DNA from: Klebsormidium nitens
Taxonomy: Eukaryota > Plantae > Klebsormidiophyceae
Assembly (NCBI GenBank): GCA_000708835.1
Contig: DF237016.1
Span: forward strand, 181,852 to 245,851
Length of the DNA: 64,000 nucleotides
Reading direction: 5' to 3'
The translations under genes were made by a program, and so were the position numbers. Position 1 is the first letter of the stretch. Each line of letters begins with the position of its first letter. Of this stretch, positions 38,701 to 50,363 are shown in pieces. The notes below the pieces were generated by a model. That model did no database searches, was not told the DNA's origin, and saw nothing but the letters and a program-made list of their open reading frames with translations.

Positions 38701-40880
38701 GTGGGCGCATTCGGGTCGGTGTAGCCCTCCAGGCCGTGGTACCAATCGATCCCGATGATGGGGATGGCCCCGGGGGGCTGTTCCGGGACGCATAGCGGCA
38801 GCTTCGTCAGTGGATTACCGATATTGTCGTGCACGTGGCACTCGCCCTGCGAGAGAGAGGATATTTGCTTATTTTCTGAAGCCGAAGAAGGACTGGTTCT
38901 GTGATTTGGTCGTGGAGCCATTAAAACTGCGCAGAAGCAGCTGCGGGTCTGCCATGGGCGTTGCTAAGAGAAGTCAGGAGCTGTTGCTCTTCTTAGAGAC
39001 AATATTGCTGGCGCTCCGCTACATATTTCCAATTCGTTACCGGTCCCTTCTCAACCTCGTGCTTGCGCTTCCCTCGCTGACACATCATTCCATTCAGCCA
39101 CCGGCGCTTGCCTGCACAGTGCAGAAGAGGATGAGCCGCCCGTCTGGCGACCACTCGACGAGCGCGAGCTGCAGGTCGAGCTCCTTGCCCCACAGCCGAT
39201 TGCCGTCCACGGACCCCACGATAACCGCGCCGTCCTCGTACACGATGCAGATCTTCTGGCCGTCCGCCGTCCACTGCATGTCGCGCACGATGCTCTGCAA
39301 CGGGACCAATGTGACTGTTTGATTGAAGAGACCATTGCGATTAGAAGTTGGAGAGCGACGGCATCGGGATGGATACTAGATCGCTCTGAAGACCCATCTC
39401 ATGGGCAAATCCTTTGTTCAAGTGGGCACAGCCTAGGCGCGACAATGAAAGCGTCGCGTCTTGGTTGCACTCAATCCGAAGCGCAAAGCAAAAGTCGGTC
39501 AGAATGCGCAACTGGACGGGCATGCATATTGGCACCCCTAGCGGGCTCCACAGCGGACACTTTAGCCGGAATCGTGCGCACCTTGTTGCGGTTGTTGATC
39601 ATCTCCTCGAACCACATCCCCTTGTGCAGCATCCACACGATGATGAGCCCCTGCTGGTCGCTGGTGGTCAGCTTGCGGTAGTTCTCGTTCCAGCACGTCA
39701 CCAGCACCGCCCCGCTGTGCCCCTCCAGAGTCTGGTTCATGCTCAGGTTGCTCGCGGCGCTGCTCGCCGCCGTCGCGCCCTTGCTGTCCTTGCGTGCCAC
39801 GCCGTCCAGCTTCAGCACCTGGGGAGATATTGGTGGTCAAGGTTAGCGGNNNNNNNNNNNNNNNNNNNNTGCGCCACGGCGTCCAGCTTCAGCACCTGGG
39901 GAGGATATTGGTGATCAAGGTTAGCGGCACCCAGGTTTTGGTTGTTTGTGTGGCCCTCTATTAGAGCGGTGGGTATAATATGCTCGCGGCAGACGCGCCC
40001 TTGCTGTCCTTGCGCGCCACGCCGTCCAGCTTCAGCACCTGGCGAGGGTATAAATGATTAGGTTAGCGGAACCCGGTTTGGGGCTGGTTATCTGGCCCTA
40101 TGTTAGAGCGGTGGGTGTAGGGTGCTCGCAGCAGTCGCGCCCTTAGTGTCCTTGCGCGCCACTACGTCCAGCTTCAGCACCTGGGGAGTTTTCAAGATTC
40201 AGAATATCTGGTCAAACCAAGGGGTTTGGGAGACTGAGGCAGCTATCTCTCATGGAAAGTTCATGCCTGCTTTTTGCAAGCTGGGCGTTCTGCAACTCTT
40301 TACAACCTGCTGTCACAAAGTCCAATGCTGCCAACAGAAAAACAAGACGCAAGGAAGCTACCCTTGAAACTAAACGCTGGTCCCTGGCACCTTTGCCAAA
40401 GCCAGGCTCCTTCAAAACAAGCAAGTTTGCAAAAGTGTCACTGTGCCTGATCCTGCTGGGACGTGAGTAATCGCTCATCATATGACGGGGGCACTTATAG
40501 TGGTGGTGGTGATCCATAACTGGCACTGTGCTGATCAAGTTCATTAGTGATAGCGGTCGACAAATACCCAGAGTAATTGTGTTGAGTGCAAGCTATGGAG
40601 AGACAACGCGGCTGGGACTGGTTAGGTTACTATGCAAATGTAGGGTGGCAGTACGGGTGGGTTCGGGTAAGTTTCCGGGTTCAGCTTTGTAGTGTCAGCT
40701 TCGATAAATGGACAGCTTGAGCCTTTAAAGTTAGTCTGAAGAAGTATGCGTGGTGGCGCTTACCTTGAGGAGGCCATTGTCCCCACCGCATGCAATCCAG
40801 CCCTGCTCCGAGTTCCATGACAGGCACTTGAGCTTCACCCCATTTGGTATGGCCACCTTCTTGCTCAAGTAGATAAGCAT
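29712..40880 (-). CDS. WDR35: WD repeat-containing protein 35 / intraflagellar transport protein 121 (IFT-A), about 19 exons
   Basis: Exon 1 (40880-40764) [39 protein letters not shown]; later exons give [97 protein letters not shown] and AIELYRRA. The last exon (29939-29712) carries the C-terminal zinc-finger CVASGRSI...CRTCKH...CPLCH. Confidence 0.97.
39770..40190. repeat. Tandem copies (at least 4, period about 140 bp) of the WDR35 intron1/exon2 junction
   Basis: GTCCAGCTTCAGCACCTGG plus adjacent intron sequence at about 39805, 39881, 40024 and 40166; an N gap at 39850-39869 lies inside the array. Confidence 0.85.
39850..39869. other. Assembly gap
   Basis: Run of N. Confidence 1.
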
Positions 40881-42019
40881 TGTGCCCGCCCTTCAGGAAC
40901 AGGTCATATCATTTGTAATGGAGCTAGCAAGCAATAACAAACTAATTTTGCTCCACCTTATCAGTAAGTGCCCATGGGTGCTTGTTTAGAGGAAGATTGG
41001 GCGAGCTCGATCGCAGCTAGTAGGCGGGCCGAACTCCTGGCCGCTTGTTCGGATAATAAGCGGCCCACTGAAGACTCAGGACTTTGTCTCACCCAGGGAA
41101 GCCTTGTACGGTAGATTTCTATCTGCATTTTCTAGAACTAGGCCTTGTTTGGACTTCTTGTTCAGGACTCAGGCGCCAGCCCTTTGCCAGCTCCACCTGA
41201 CCATCTAAAACATGCTTCGAGCTATGTTCCTCCACTGTTCCTCTTTCTTCGCGCAGCAGAGAGCGCACCACTAGCTCTAGCACAGGCCCCCCTCATCGCA
41301 ACTTTGGACAAGCCACATATATGGTGGCCAGGGCCTCGAAAAGGCGGACTTCAGGCTCTGCACCAGAAGGCTGAGGTCTGAGTGCTGCTCCTTTGGAGTC
41401 TTTGGAATACCGGAGGTAGTATCATGTATGTACAGGTCCAGTACCGGGTAGGTGGTGGTTCGAAATGTTCAACTGCTCAGACTTTGCACAAGACCGTCCG
41501 ACGCAAATCGCACCAAAGATTGCTTCGGGTACGAATTTCGGGGAAGAGATTGTTTGGTGCCATTTTGGGTTCCTGCATGACTTGCTCTGCAGCACTGTGT
41601 AGATGTGTACCGTATGGTCTGATCAATCTCAAACTTGATCCATGCCCGGTACCGTAACATACCATGTAGCTGCATGTTCTGTATAGTGTACACAGTACTA
41701 CCACACGAGCGCGTCCGCAAGCTACCACCTCCCTGATCTGACATAAATTGAAGTTGACACAAGCAGGAAAGCAGGTACTGCCGTGAGCAGAAGGCTCCTT
41801 GCCACGTAGCTCGAGCCTCCATCTTTCTGGCGCAGGGGGGCTTCTACCTTCCTCATTGACTCCATCGGCATTTGCACAGAATCGGTCAAAGGTTGCAGCT
41901 TGGAGACTTGCAGAGCGGTAATAGCTTATGTAGCCTCAGAAGCTCATATTGCTGGTGGGTTTTTTCAGGGAAAATTTATTGCCTGCTGAGTTGTGGAGTT
42001 GGTGCAGAAAGGATATACC

Positions 42020-45000
42020 ATGGCCTCGATTCAAAGCAGAATCAGGTCTTCCAGCTACTGCAGAGTTGTCCTACAGGGCAGACTCAGGAAGTATCGTGCA
42101 AGTTTAGTTGAGCCAGAAGTTGAGCTGGAAATGCCCAGCTTTTCACCTGGGCTTTCAGAATCGGAAGATTAGGGCGTTGATACCCTTCGTCCTGCTGCCT
42201 TAAGGAAATCTCAGCGGGCAGTTGTACATTCTGATGATGACGAGTTGCCCCCAGCAGCTACACAATGCCAGGCCAGAAAACGGAAGCGCCCATCAATGTC
42301 AGATTCAGAGTCGGACTCGGATGATGAAAGACTTAAGAAGCAACCGCGTGCAGATGATCCGCAAGCGGTCGAGGAACTGAGAAGACAGCGGCGCCAAGCT
42401 GTGAAGGCGGCAGCTGAAACGGCAAGGGCAAAGGCAAAGAAGCCTTCGACAAAGCGTAAACAACGTAGAGTGGAAGAGTTTTTAGCAGCCAAGAAGCAAC
42501 GCAGGCAAAAGCTTGCCAGACAGGATAAGGAAGCATGCCTGCGAAAGGCGAGGCAGGATCGCCAGTTCAAAAGCTTTCCTTACGAGAAGGATCACATTGA
42601 AGAAGCAACAATGCAAAACTACAAAGCAGGCCCAAAGGCTTATCAGGTTTGTGCTCTCCTTCCATACTTTTGATCTGCAGAAAAGCTAGACAGGACCCTG
42701 CTTTACTGCTTTCAATCAAAGGGTCATGATACGTGTACTTATCTCTAGCTGCTGATTTGATGATTGCCTGTAGTAGCAAACGGTTGGGGCGTACCATTGA
42801 CAGAGTCATATCAATAAGGCATGCCAGGCGAGGAAGTGAAAATGGAAGCAGCATACGACCTAACAAAGACTAAAGATCTCAATGCAATGACCCAAATTGG
42901 CAGAAAGTATCATGTGGGCAGGGCTTGGCAGACAATAAAGGACGCTAAGATCAACAAGTGGCCATGCCTGATTTGCGTGCTCTGGTTTTGCAGAAGTTCT
43001 TCCTGCAGAGAGACGGCGTTCGCTGGGCTGACATCACTGCAGAGGGCATCCGCACTTTCTTTCGAGAGACGACATGCCATGTGAGTTCTCGTGGCACTCC
43101 TGGCTTGCACAATTGGTTGAAAATTTGAACAAGCCTGGCGACCACGCGAGGCCTTACGTGCATGAAGATTCTGTTCCGTATGCAGATTCTTGCATTGTGT
43201 GCAGCATTGTGGTCTTTAGAATTGTCGATCTAACTGTTGTGAAGGAGAGCATTTCTGATCAGCGATTATTTCACTCTCTCCTATGGCAGAAGCCACCCAC
43301 TCTCGACAAGTACGCCAGGGGTCTTCAGTGGCATTTGTACCATCAGTGGGTACTTGACGGAGAGAAAGGCCCAGAGCCAAACTCTTGAGCCTTTCCTGAA
43401 GTCAAGGAGCGACTGAAGACTGAGAAGAAAGACACCGCCCGGAGGCGCCAAGAGTGAGGATTGCATCGAACATTATAGCGCTTGCTTTGTCCTGAACTGG
43501 TCTTTCCCGAGTTTGCAATATAGCAGCACATGCCTTGAAATCTCTGAGCGGGCTCTGAGCACTGCCCATTGTGTTGCTTGAGCTGCTTATATTTGTTGAA
43601 GGCTAGCGGTTCACCTGGGCTGCACCACATGTTTCTGGAGATTGCTTGCAGAGGGAGTCGGTATTTGCAGAGCACCTATAGGACCAGTAGATCTCCAGGA
43701 AAGAATCATGCGCTTGAGTACAGGCTTGATAACATGGGAGCCTTTTTTCTGCAGGGACCAGCTGGACAAGCACGACGAGCTCACGGACCACCTCTCACCT
43801 GAGGACTGGGAGCTCTTCAACAAGACTCAGCTAGAGAATGCTTCCTTGTCCAAGGAGGAGCTCCGTGGCACAGGAATCACAGCAGTCGGGTCCCTCCAGG
43901 CATGGTAAGTCGTCTGACTCAAGTGCATCAAGCTTTCAATGTGGCCCTGCTGATTTTCTTGGTTCCATTGTAGAAGGTTGTCAGGTGCATCACATAGATC
44001 ATGGTTGTAAACCTGACTGATGTTGCGATGCTATGATGCTGGGATTTTGATGCATGTCGCCGGGCACGTTGCATTCGATTGGTTAGTTCATTGAACAAAA
44101 TCATGAGCAGAAAGGCAGCGGGCAGCCATGTCACGTTTGATCACAACCAGTTATGCTGTTTTAGCTAAAAAGTCCTGAGCCTCGCCACAAGGACAAATTG
44201 ATCTCGAGGGTTTTCCTTTGCAGGGCGGACAACCTGGCGCTTTTCAGCTGCATCATCCGGAGCAAGACCACGCGTGAGATGCAATGGTCCGACCAAGCAG
44301 CGCGTATTGAACCCATGGTCGAGGTGAATATTGCTCACAACGAGGTGAGCAATATTCTCGATGCACCCCAGGTGAAATTCCCCTATGCGGCATGCCTGCT
44401 TGACCAGTCACACGAAATCCTTGATTCATGAGAGGCATTCTTTGGGTAGCTGTCGAGAAGTTAGAAGGATTGTCGAGAAGTTGGTATCCTCCTGTTGATA
44501 GTCTGACATATCTGGTGGTTTGATAACGACGAAGTGCTCGATCAAATGTAACTTGCAGTGCATGGAAGTTTGACAAGTGCCCTTCTTTCTTGTGGCAGAA
44601 CGGACGAATTGAAATACACTCAGTCCTCCGGCACAAGAATCCTCTGTTCGACTCCCGCTTCGCGCGCTCGTGTCACCTTTTCTACCTCTGGGAGAAGAAG
44701 CGGAAGAAGATATTGAAGGCCGGTGACAAGTCCTGGTAAGCATTCAGTCACTGTCCGGTCAACTTCGTCGCATGTACATATCGCTTTTAAATCTCGAGTT
44801 TTTCAGTGCTCTTAATTCGTTCTCGTGTTGGTGCTGGTCCCTCAAACTTGTACGTACATCAAACGCTGTGCACGCACCAGTTGTCTCGATCAATGCACTC
44901 TTGATGAAAGTACTTGAGTCTGCTTCTTACTGTGCTTCTTGAGTAAGTGACCTTGAGGATTCGAACTTGAGGACTGAATGCAGATGCTTCATGCTTCGAT

Positions 45001-48000
45001 CATTGATTGCCCAAGCGTCTCAATGTACATGCCTACAACGTGCTTACAGGCAAAGGGAAATGATCTCCCCCGGTTCCAAGAATCCCTTGAAAGGCCGCTG
45101 CGCGGCAACCCAGGCCCGTTACATCCGGTCTGTTCAGAATCGGCTAAGCATCCGCTCCAGAAAGGTGACGCACTTTGGGCGGAAGCAGGGTATCAAATGG
45201 CTGATGAAGTCGGGGTGAGCATCCTAACTTGACAACGTTTGTATCTGCTTCAGCAAAAGAGTTGGCCTCCATGCACTCGATGAGATGAGTTCTTCCCGGT
45301 ACAGTGGACTTTCACCTCAGCACCGCTGTTGCGCTCAACGACGTTCCGCACTTCGGCGCTCTCGGGAGCGTGCACGCACCACTTTTGAATCCGCATTTGG
45401 AACAGGGGTTTAGTTTCAGCCTGTGCGGAGTCCCCCACAGCGTGCACGCACCACTTTTGAATCCGCATTTGGAACAGGGGGCTAGATTCAGCGTTTGCGG
45501 AGCCCCCCACAGCACATTGTCCACTTATTGATTGGCGAGGAGTGAAAGGTGTGTGCCAACTCGGCTTTGAACATTGCATGCAGCACGAGCGGTGGGTTGC
45601 GAAAGCGGGAACGGAAATTGCGCACCAGAACTGATCAAGCCGCATCTGTTCAATTGATTGCAGAATACCGATGGCTGACGTTCAGAAGGCTGCCAAATTT
45701 GCCCAACAGATGAACAAGCACTTCAACATGTCGTACGCGGACGACACGCCGCTCACGGTGCAAGTCGCAATGGCGGGCTTTCCTGAGGAGGCCCGGGTCA
45801 GCAACTTCTCGGACGGGTATCGGATCCCCCGGTAAGTTGCTAATGGTTGGAGGATGCAGGCATTCTTTTGGGATGTTCAAGTCAAGGGCCGAGCTCTGCT
45901 TTTCTGTAGGAACAGTTCTCTCCAGTGCTCAGTCCCGTTTGCATCCAGCTCAGCCGTCCGTGCAACGAGCAAACGAGCATACGAACCCGTGGGCATACCG
46001 CTCCGGTCTCTTTTAGAAGCTGTACAATGCTACTGATCCTGAACACCTCTCTTGATTTTGCAGAGAGCACGCCAAGGTGGACGAGAAGGCTGTCCAAGAG
46101 CTCTTGAAGGATCTTTGTCCGTGGATAGACAGGGAGTACAACAAGGCCAAGAAGGTGAGTGTCGTCCCCTGCGAGCTTTCTATCCTGTCCAAGAAGGCGT
46201 TCAAAATTTGAGCGAGTTGTTCGTCATGCCAAGTCGCGATGACCCGTTTTCGTGACTCGCAATGCGGACAGTCTGGCAAGTTTGGTCTTGGTCTGGGTGG
46301 ATCTGTTGTACTTGTCACTGGTCTCGACGTGACGTCAAAGCACTTCAAAAAGCAATTATACATGTACTGTCACGAAGGCTTCTCGCTTTTTTGAATCATA
46401 GGTGGTAATTTCAACTCGTCAGGCATTGAGTCGGAAGAAGTTCTTTGTGCAAACATTGTCGTCATTGTGCTTCTCGCAGAGAAACGAAAGAGCACGCTTG
46501 AAAGCGGGGCGAGACCTTACGGAGGAGGGTGTGCTCCGGTTCCTTCAAGAGAGCAAGCGGCTCTTCTTGGAGGACGCCGCCTACATGCAGGACGAGTTCC
46601 CCGACCTGCCCATCTACGAGTTGAAGGTTTTCCAGTCACCGCACTGGGATTCGTTCAAGAAGGCCATCCTTGCAGCCGAAGCGGATCCGGAGAGCTTTCT
46701 GCCACCAAGGAAAGACCTGCCGGTGAGAAGTTGTCAGCTGCGAACTGGAGTTCATGTTTCTTTTGTCAAATACTTTCAGACATTTTTGTCTCAGGTCTTG
46801 TCATTTCGATCAGGTGACCTGCCGCAGTCACAAGGTTCGTGTTGATAAGTGAGGGCTCTGCTTGTCCGCACCTGCCGCTTTCGAACAGACTACATGCTGA
46901 CGTCACCCGCAGGTCAGCAGTAGACTGTCGTCAAAGGTGAGATCAGTGACATTTGATGTCACCAGCAAGAGCAATGAGCTAGTGACGAGGAACACACAAT
47001 GCTTGTACTTCAGCTGCAAGAGCGATTCTGTCATTTCAGCGTGCCTTTAGTTATTGTGAGCACGCACTGAGTAACCCGTAAAGCAGGTACATAACTCTCT
47101 GCCGGTCTGCTTGCAAGTATCTGAAGAATCTAAGAAAGTGTATTCTTGATTGCAGTCGCGCATCCTCGAGGTGGTCAGCATCCTGAGCAACGAGTTAGCT
47201 GCTGTGAAGGAGGCAGTCCACAATGTGGGCGGTCAAGTGCAGCGCGGGGCTGCAGGGTCGGCCTACAGGTTGTCGGCGTTCGTCAGCTGATCGAGGGAGG
47301 ATTAGCGACGCGAACAGAACCTGTTCCGACGGTTGACGCCAACGTGGAGAGCGCGACGCTCGGGGTGGAAGGAACCTTGAGAGCAGAGAACGAGCGTCTG
47401 CAACGAGAGGCGCGACTACATCGGGCAGAGATGGCCTACCTCAAGGCGTTCTACGCCGGCGCCGGGGAGACTGCTTCAACGGATCGAGGGGGCGAAACAG
47501 GTGACGTCAGAGGGGGCGTCGGAGAGGGCGGCGTTGGAGAGGGCGGCACGAACGAGGGGGAAGCGGCAGCGCGCGTTTTTGGTCAGGGGGTTGCGGCGCG
47601 CGCGAGGGCGCAACAGATGGCAGCCGGTGTGAGGCCGGAAGTCCAAGGTGGGAGGTTCAGGTTCGCACGAAGTGGAGGGTTTGGTGGGGAGGCTCGATCG
47701 GAGGGACGGAACGGGGGCGGTAAACGGCCTGAGGAAGTGAACCGAGCGGGAGAACCATCCACTTCGGGGCGGGGAGAAGTTGAAAGAGGAGCACGGACAG
47801 GGCAGCGTCGGCCGGAGAACAGAACGGAGGAAAGCGGTAGACAGCGGGCTGAAGCAACGGAGCCGGTCACTGATGGCGAAGGCGAAAGAAACGAAGAGGA
47901 TCCAGGCCGAATTTATCGAGAAGGGGGCTATCCGTGGCCCCAGGTGAGCACGGTGGAAGACGTCTGGACGGAGTGGAGCTTTGGGCTTGAGAACCATCCG

Positions 48001-48282
48001 TCTATAACACAGTTGGAGGAAGAGAAGAAATTGTTTCCAGGAACGAACTGGAGAAAGGGGCCAGTCCATAGGAAAAGGTATTTTGAGAGGAAAGAGGTCA
48101 TCGAGTTTGTGTTGAGGTTTCAAACAGAAAAGCAGTTGACTAGTACAGCTACGGCGGTGGAGGTGTTAGGAAGCAGGTACTCTAGTCATCGGAAGCTTCT
48201 AAACGAAATTGCACGATTGAAAAGAATCGAAAGAGTTGAACGACAAGCTGCTCGGGAGGAAGCAGAAGGTGATGATGACTAG
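42020..48282 (+). mobile_element. Crypton-like (CryptonF-type) spliced tyrosine-recombinase gene with NDC10_II-like and C-terminal GCR1_C-like domains; probably inactive
   Basis: Spliced translation shows LFSCIIRSKTTREMQWSD (Arg at 44258), NGRIEIHSVLRHKNP, RKVTHFGRKQG (HxxR at 45171-45182), MNKHFNMSYADDTP..VAMAGFP (Tyr at 45734), LKDLCPWID, FLEDAAYMQDEFPDLPIYELKVFQSPHWDSF and STVEDVWTEWSFGLENHPSITQLE...WRKG...RKRYFERKEVI. In-frame stops at 42170-42172 and 43386-43388. Element ends not determined. Confidence 0.85.
45367..45512. repeat. 72-bp tandem duplication inside a Crypton intron
   Basis: Identical 42-bp core AGCGTGCACGCACCACTTTTGAATCCGCATTTGGAACAGGGG at 45367 and 45439. Confidence 0.9.
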
Positions 48283-49046
48283 TACTTTAATACGGATGCG
48301 GACATATGTTGGGGAAGCAAACTTCAGTGTAAATTATTTAGAAAAATCTTTATTGTACCGGTAGCTTTGACATTTGATAACGTGCTGTAGGGGACAAACA
48401 ATCTGTAACAATCTGTACATGTACGTATTGTTACAAACTGCACATGTACGTATTCCAGTAATCTTTTTCCCTTCGAGCAGTTCTTCTCCTACAAACGGTA
48501 TCATGCCGAACTCCTCTCCAATACTGACGCGAATCATGCTCAACTTGTTGAATTAAGTCGGCCATGTGATCGTATGAATTCTAGCAAAGCTTTTCCTGCA
48601 TAATAACAAAGTATTGATGGGCGAGGCTCAGTTCTATGATTGATGGGCGATGGGGCGAGGCTCAGTTATGTGCATCATGTAAATACTACTTTGGTACTTG
48701 GTAAATCTGTAGACGGCCGCGGCCGAATCAGTACGGTGAAATGCACCTGAATTACATGATGCTGTACACTGTTACATTGCAAGAGTGGATATGAGAAAAG
48801 TTATGTAATCGGTACTTCTGGCATAAAAAGCAATGCGCGTACTAGCTATAATATCAATTAACACGCGTGGTTCAGATGCAAAAATGTCCGGTCTGCAGCA
48901 TGAAGAATCACCGCAAGTTCCGACGCAACCAAATGACCCGTGATGCAATAGAAGCTCCACATGCCGATCAGAGCTGAGCCTCCATATCAGGAGCTATGCA
49001 TGCCAGGGCGCCGCCGCATGCGGCGCGCGCGGCAGGCGGTCACGCG

Positions 49047-49077
49047 GCCGCCCGGCCGGCAGGCCCGGCCGGGCGGC
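49047..49077. repeat. 13-bp GC hairpin in a very GC-rich noncoding block
   Basis: GCCGCCCGGCCGG-CAGGC-CCGGCCGGGCGGC. Confidence 0.85.
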
Positions 49078-49835
49078 GCGCTGCCAGTGCAGTCACGGTA
49101 CGTCACTGCGGCCAGGCTTAGGGCTAGCTGCAGTGCGGCCGCGCGGCCAGCGAAGTTGCGCGCCCGGCCGCCGGCGGGCCGCGCGCCACACTGCGCGCGG
49201 CACTGTATTGAGTCGGCGCGGGCGGCGTTCGCTGTGGCCGTGCTTGACAATATAACCGATTGAGTATATTCCACAGTGCACATATAAGTTATGATAAATT
49301 GTAGTAGTGCCGATGTCGTATCGGTGTCGGCCGCGGACTCCCATAGACTCGGTACGCACCGGTCTGAGGCTTCAGCGGGTTGGTAGGTCGCGAGGGAGGA
49401 CAGGAAATGGGGGACGGCGGTACCGTCCTCCGTCCGGTCCTCGAGTGGTGGGGACTTATGTCCGCACGCGGCGGGCCGTGTTGCGATCCTTGTATGAAAC
49501 AACCAGGGGCGGTACCGTACTGGTATATACGGTCCCCCTCATGCAAGTACCACTGCACAGTGTGGTAGGTACCTCGTGTCGAGGCTGGTCTCCGTTCCCA
49601 AAACCGTCCCTTGGCCGGTCTTGCTTCAAATTTTGCCCCGCGGTGTGGCGTCTTTTCAGTCAATTTTGCCCGACGGTGTTTTGGTCTTCGTCCCCGACCG
49701 GCGTCCCCAGCGTCCTCGGCGGTGTCCCCCATGATTCATTCCAAAGTCAAGCCTCTTCCTGATGCATCAAATCATTAAATAGCCTCCAAAGAGAATGGCC
49801 ACCTTACTCGGGTTTCATGCCAGACGCTGACGGGC

Positions 49836-49915
49836 GTGCCGGCGAGCCACGCATGCCAAGTCTGCAAGAGCGCCGGCAACCCCAGCAAGATGCTGCTCTG
49901 CGACTACTGCTTGGC
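49836..49915 (+). pseudogene. Truncated PHD-finger fragment
   Basis: ACQVCKSAGNPSKMLLCDYC matches the first half of a PHD finger (C-x2-C...LLCD-x-C); the His/Cys second half is absent. Confidence 0.5.
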
Positions 49916-50258
49916 GTGTGGCTATGCCCAAGGTGCCGAGAAGCGGAGGCGCAGCAGGTGTGACTCGCTTTGGCCGCGGGAACCGCAGTGGCAGCGAGTG
50001 GGGGGGAAATGGATAGGCCCGGTCGAATAGGGTCGTTTTGTTCATTTTCATCATGTCGCGAGGTGTCAAGGGTCGAGTAGGCCATGCATAGTCTGTGCCG
50101 GCAGGGATAGACGGGTAGGAGTAGGCCACGTGGCCGTTCCCGATGCCAGCCGGCAGAGGAGACGATACCGCACGGCAGATTGGAGGAGTTGTCGAGAAGA
50201 AGCGGGTTCGAGTGGCGGTGGAAAGGACTGGTGCTCGCGAAGAGGTTGGAGGAGCTGG

Positions 50259-50363
50259 TTGCGTCAGAAAGGCTCAAAGTCTGCGAACGGATATCAGCAC
50301 TGGCACTCAGTGCTTGCGTCAGAAAGGCTCCCCAAAGTCTGCGAACGGATATCAGCACTGGCA
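50259..50363. repeat. Short tandem duplication, period about 55 bp
   Basis: TTGCGTCAGAAAGGCTC(CCC)AAAGTCTGCGAACGGATATCAGCACTGGCA present twice. Confidence 0.9.

Noticed and set aside
29712-40880. WDR35 as a novelty
   Set aside because: Conserved IFT-A gene expected in lineages with flagellated cells; only its intron features are notable.
41000-48660. TGGGCGAG(G)CTC words on both sides of the Crypton as terminal repeats
   Set aside because: The match is short and imperfect, and cannot define ends without other copies.
49047-49130. Helitron 3' end (hairpin followed by CTAG)
   Set aside because: The nearest CTAG is about 48 bp after the hairpin, much farther than typical, and no matching 5' TC end was identified.
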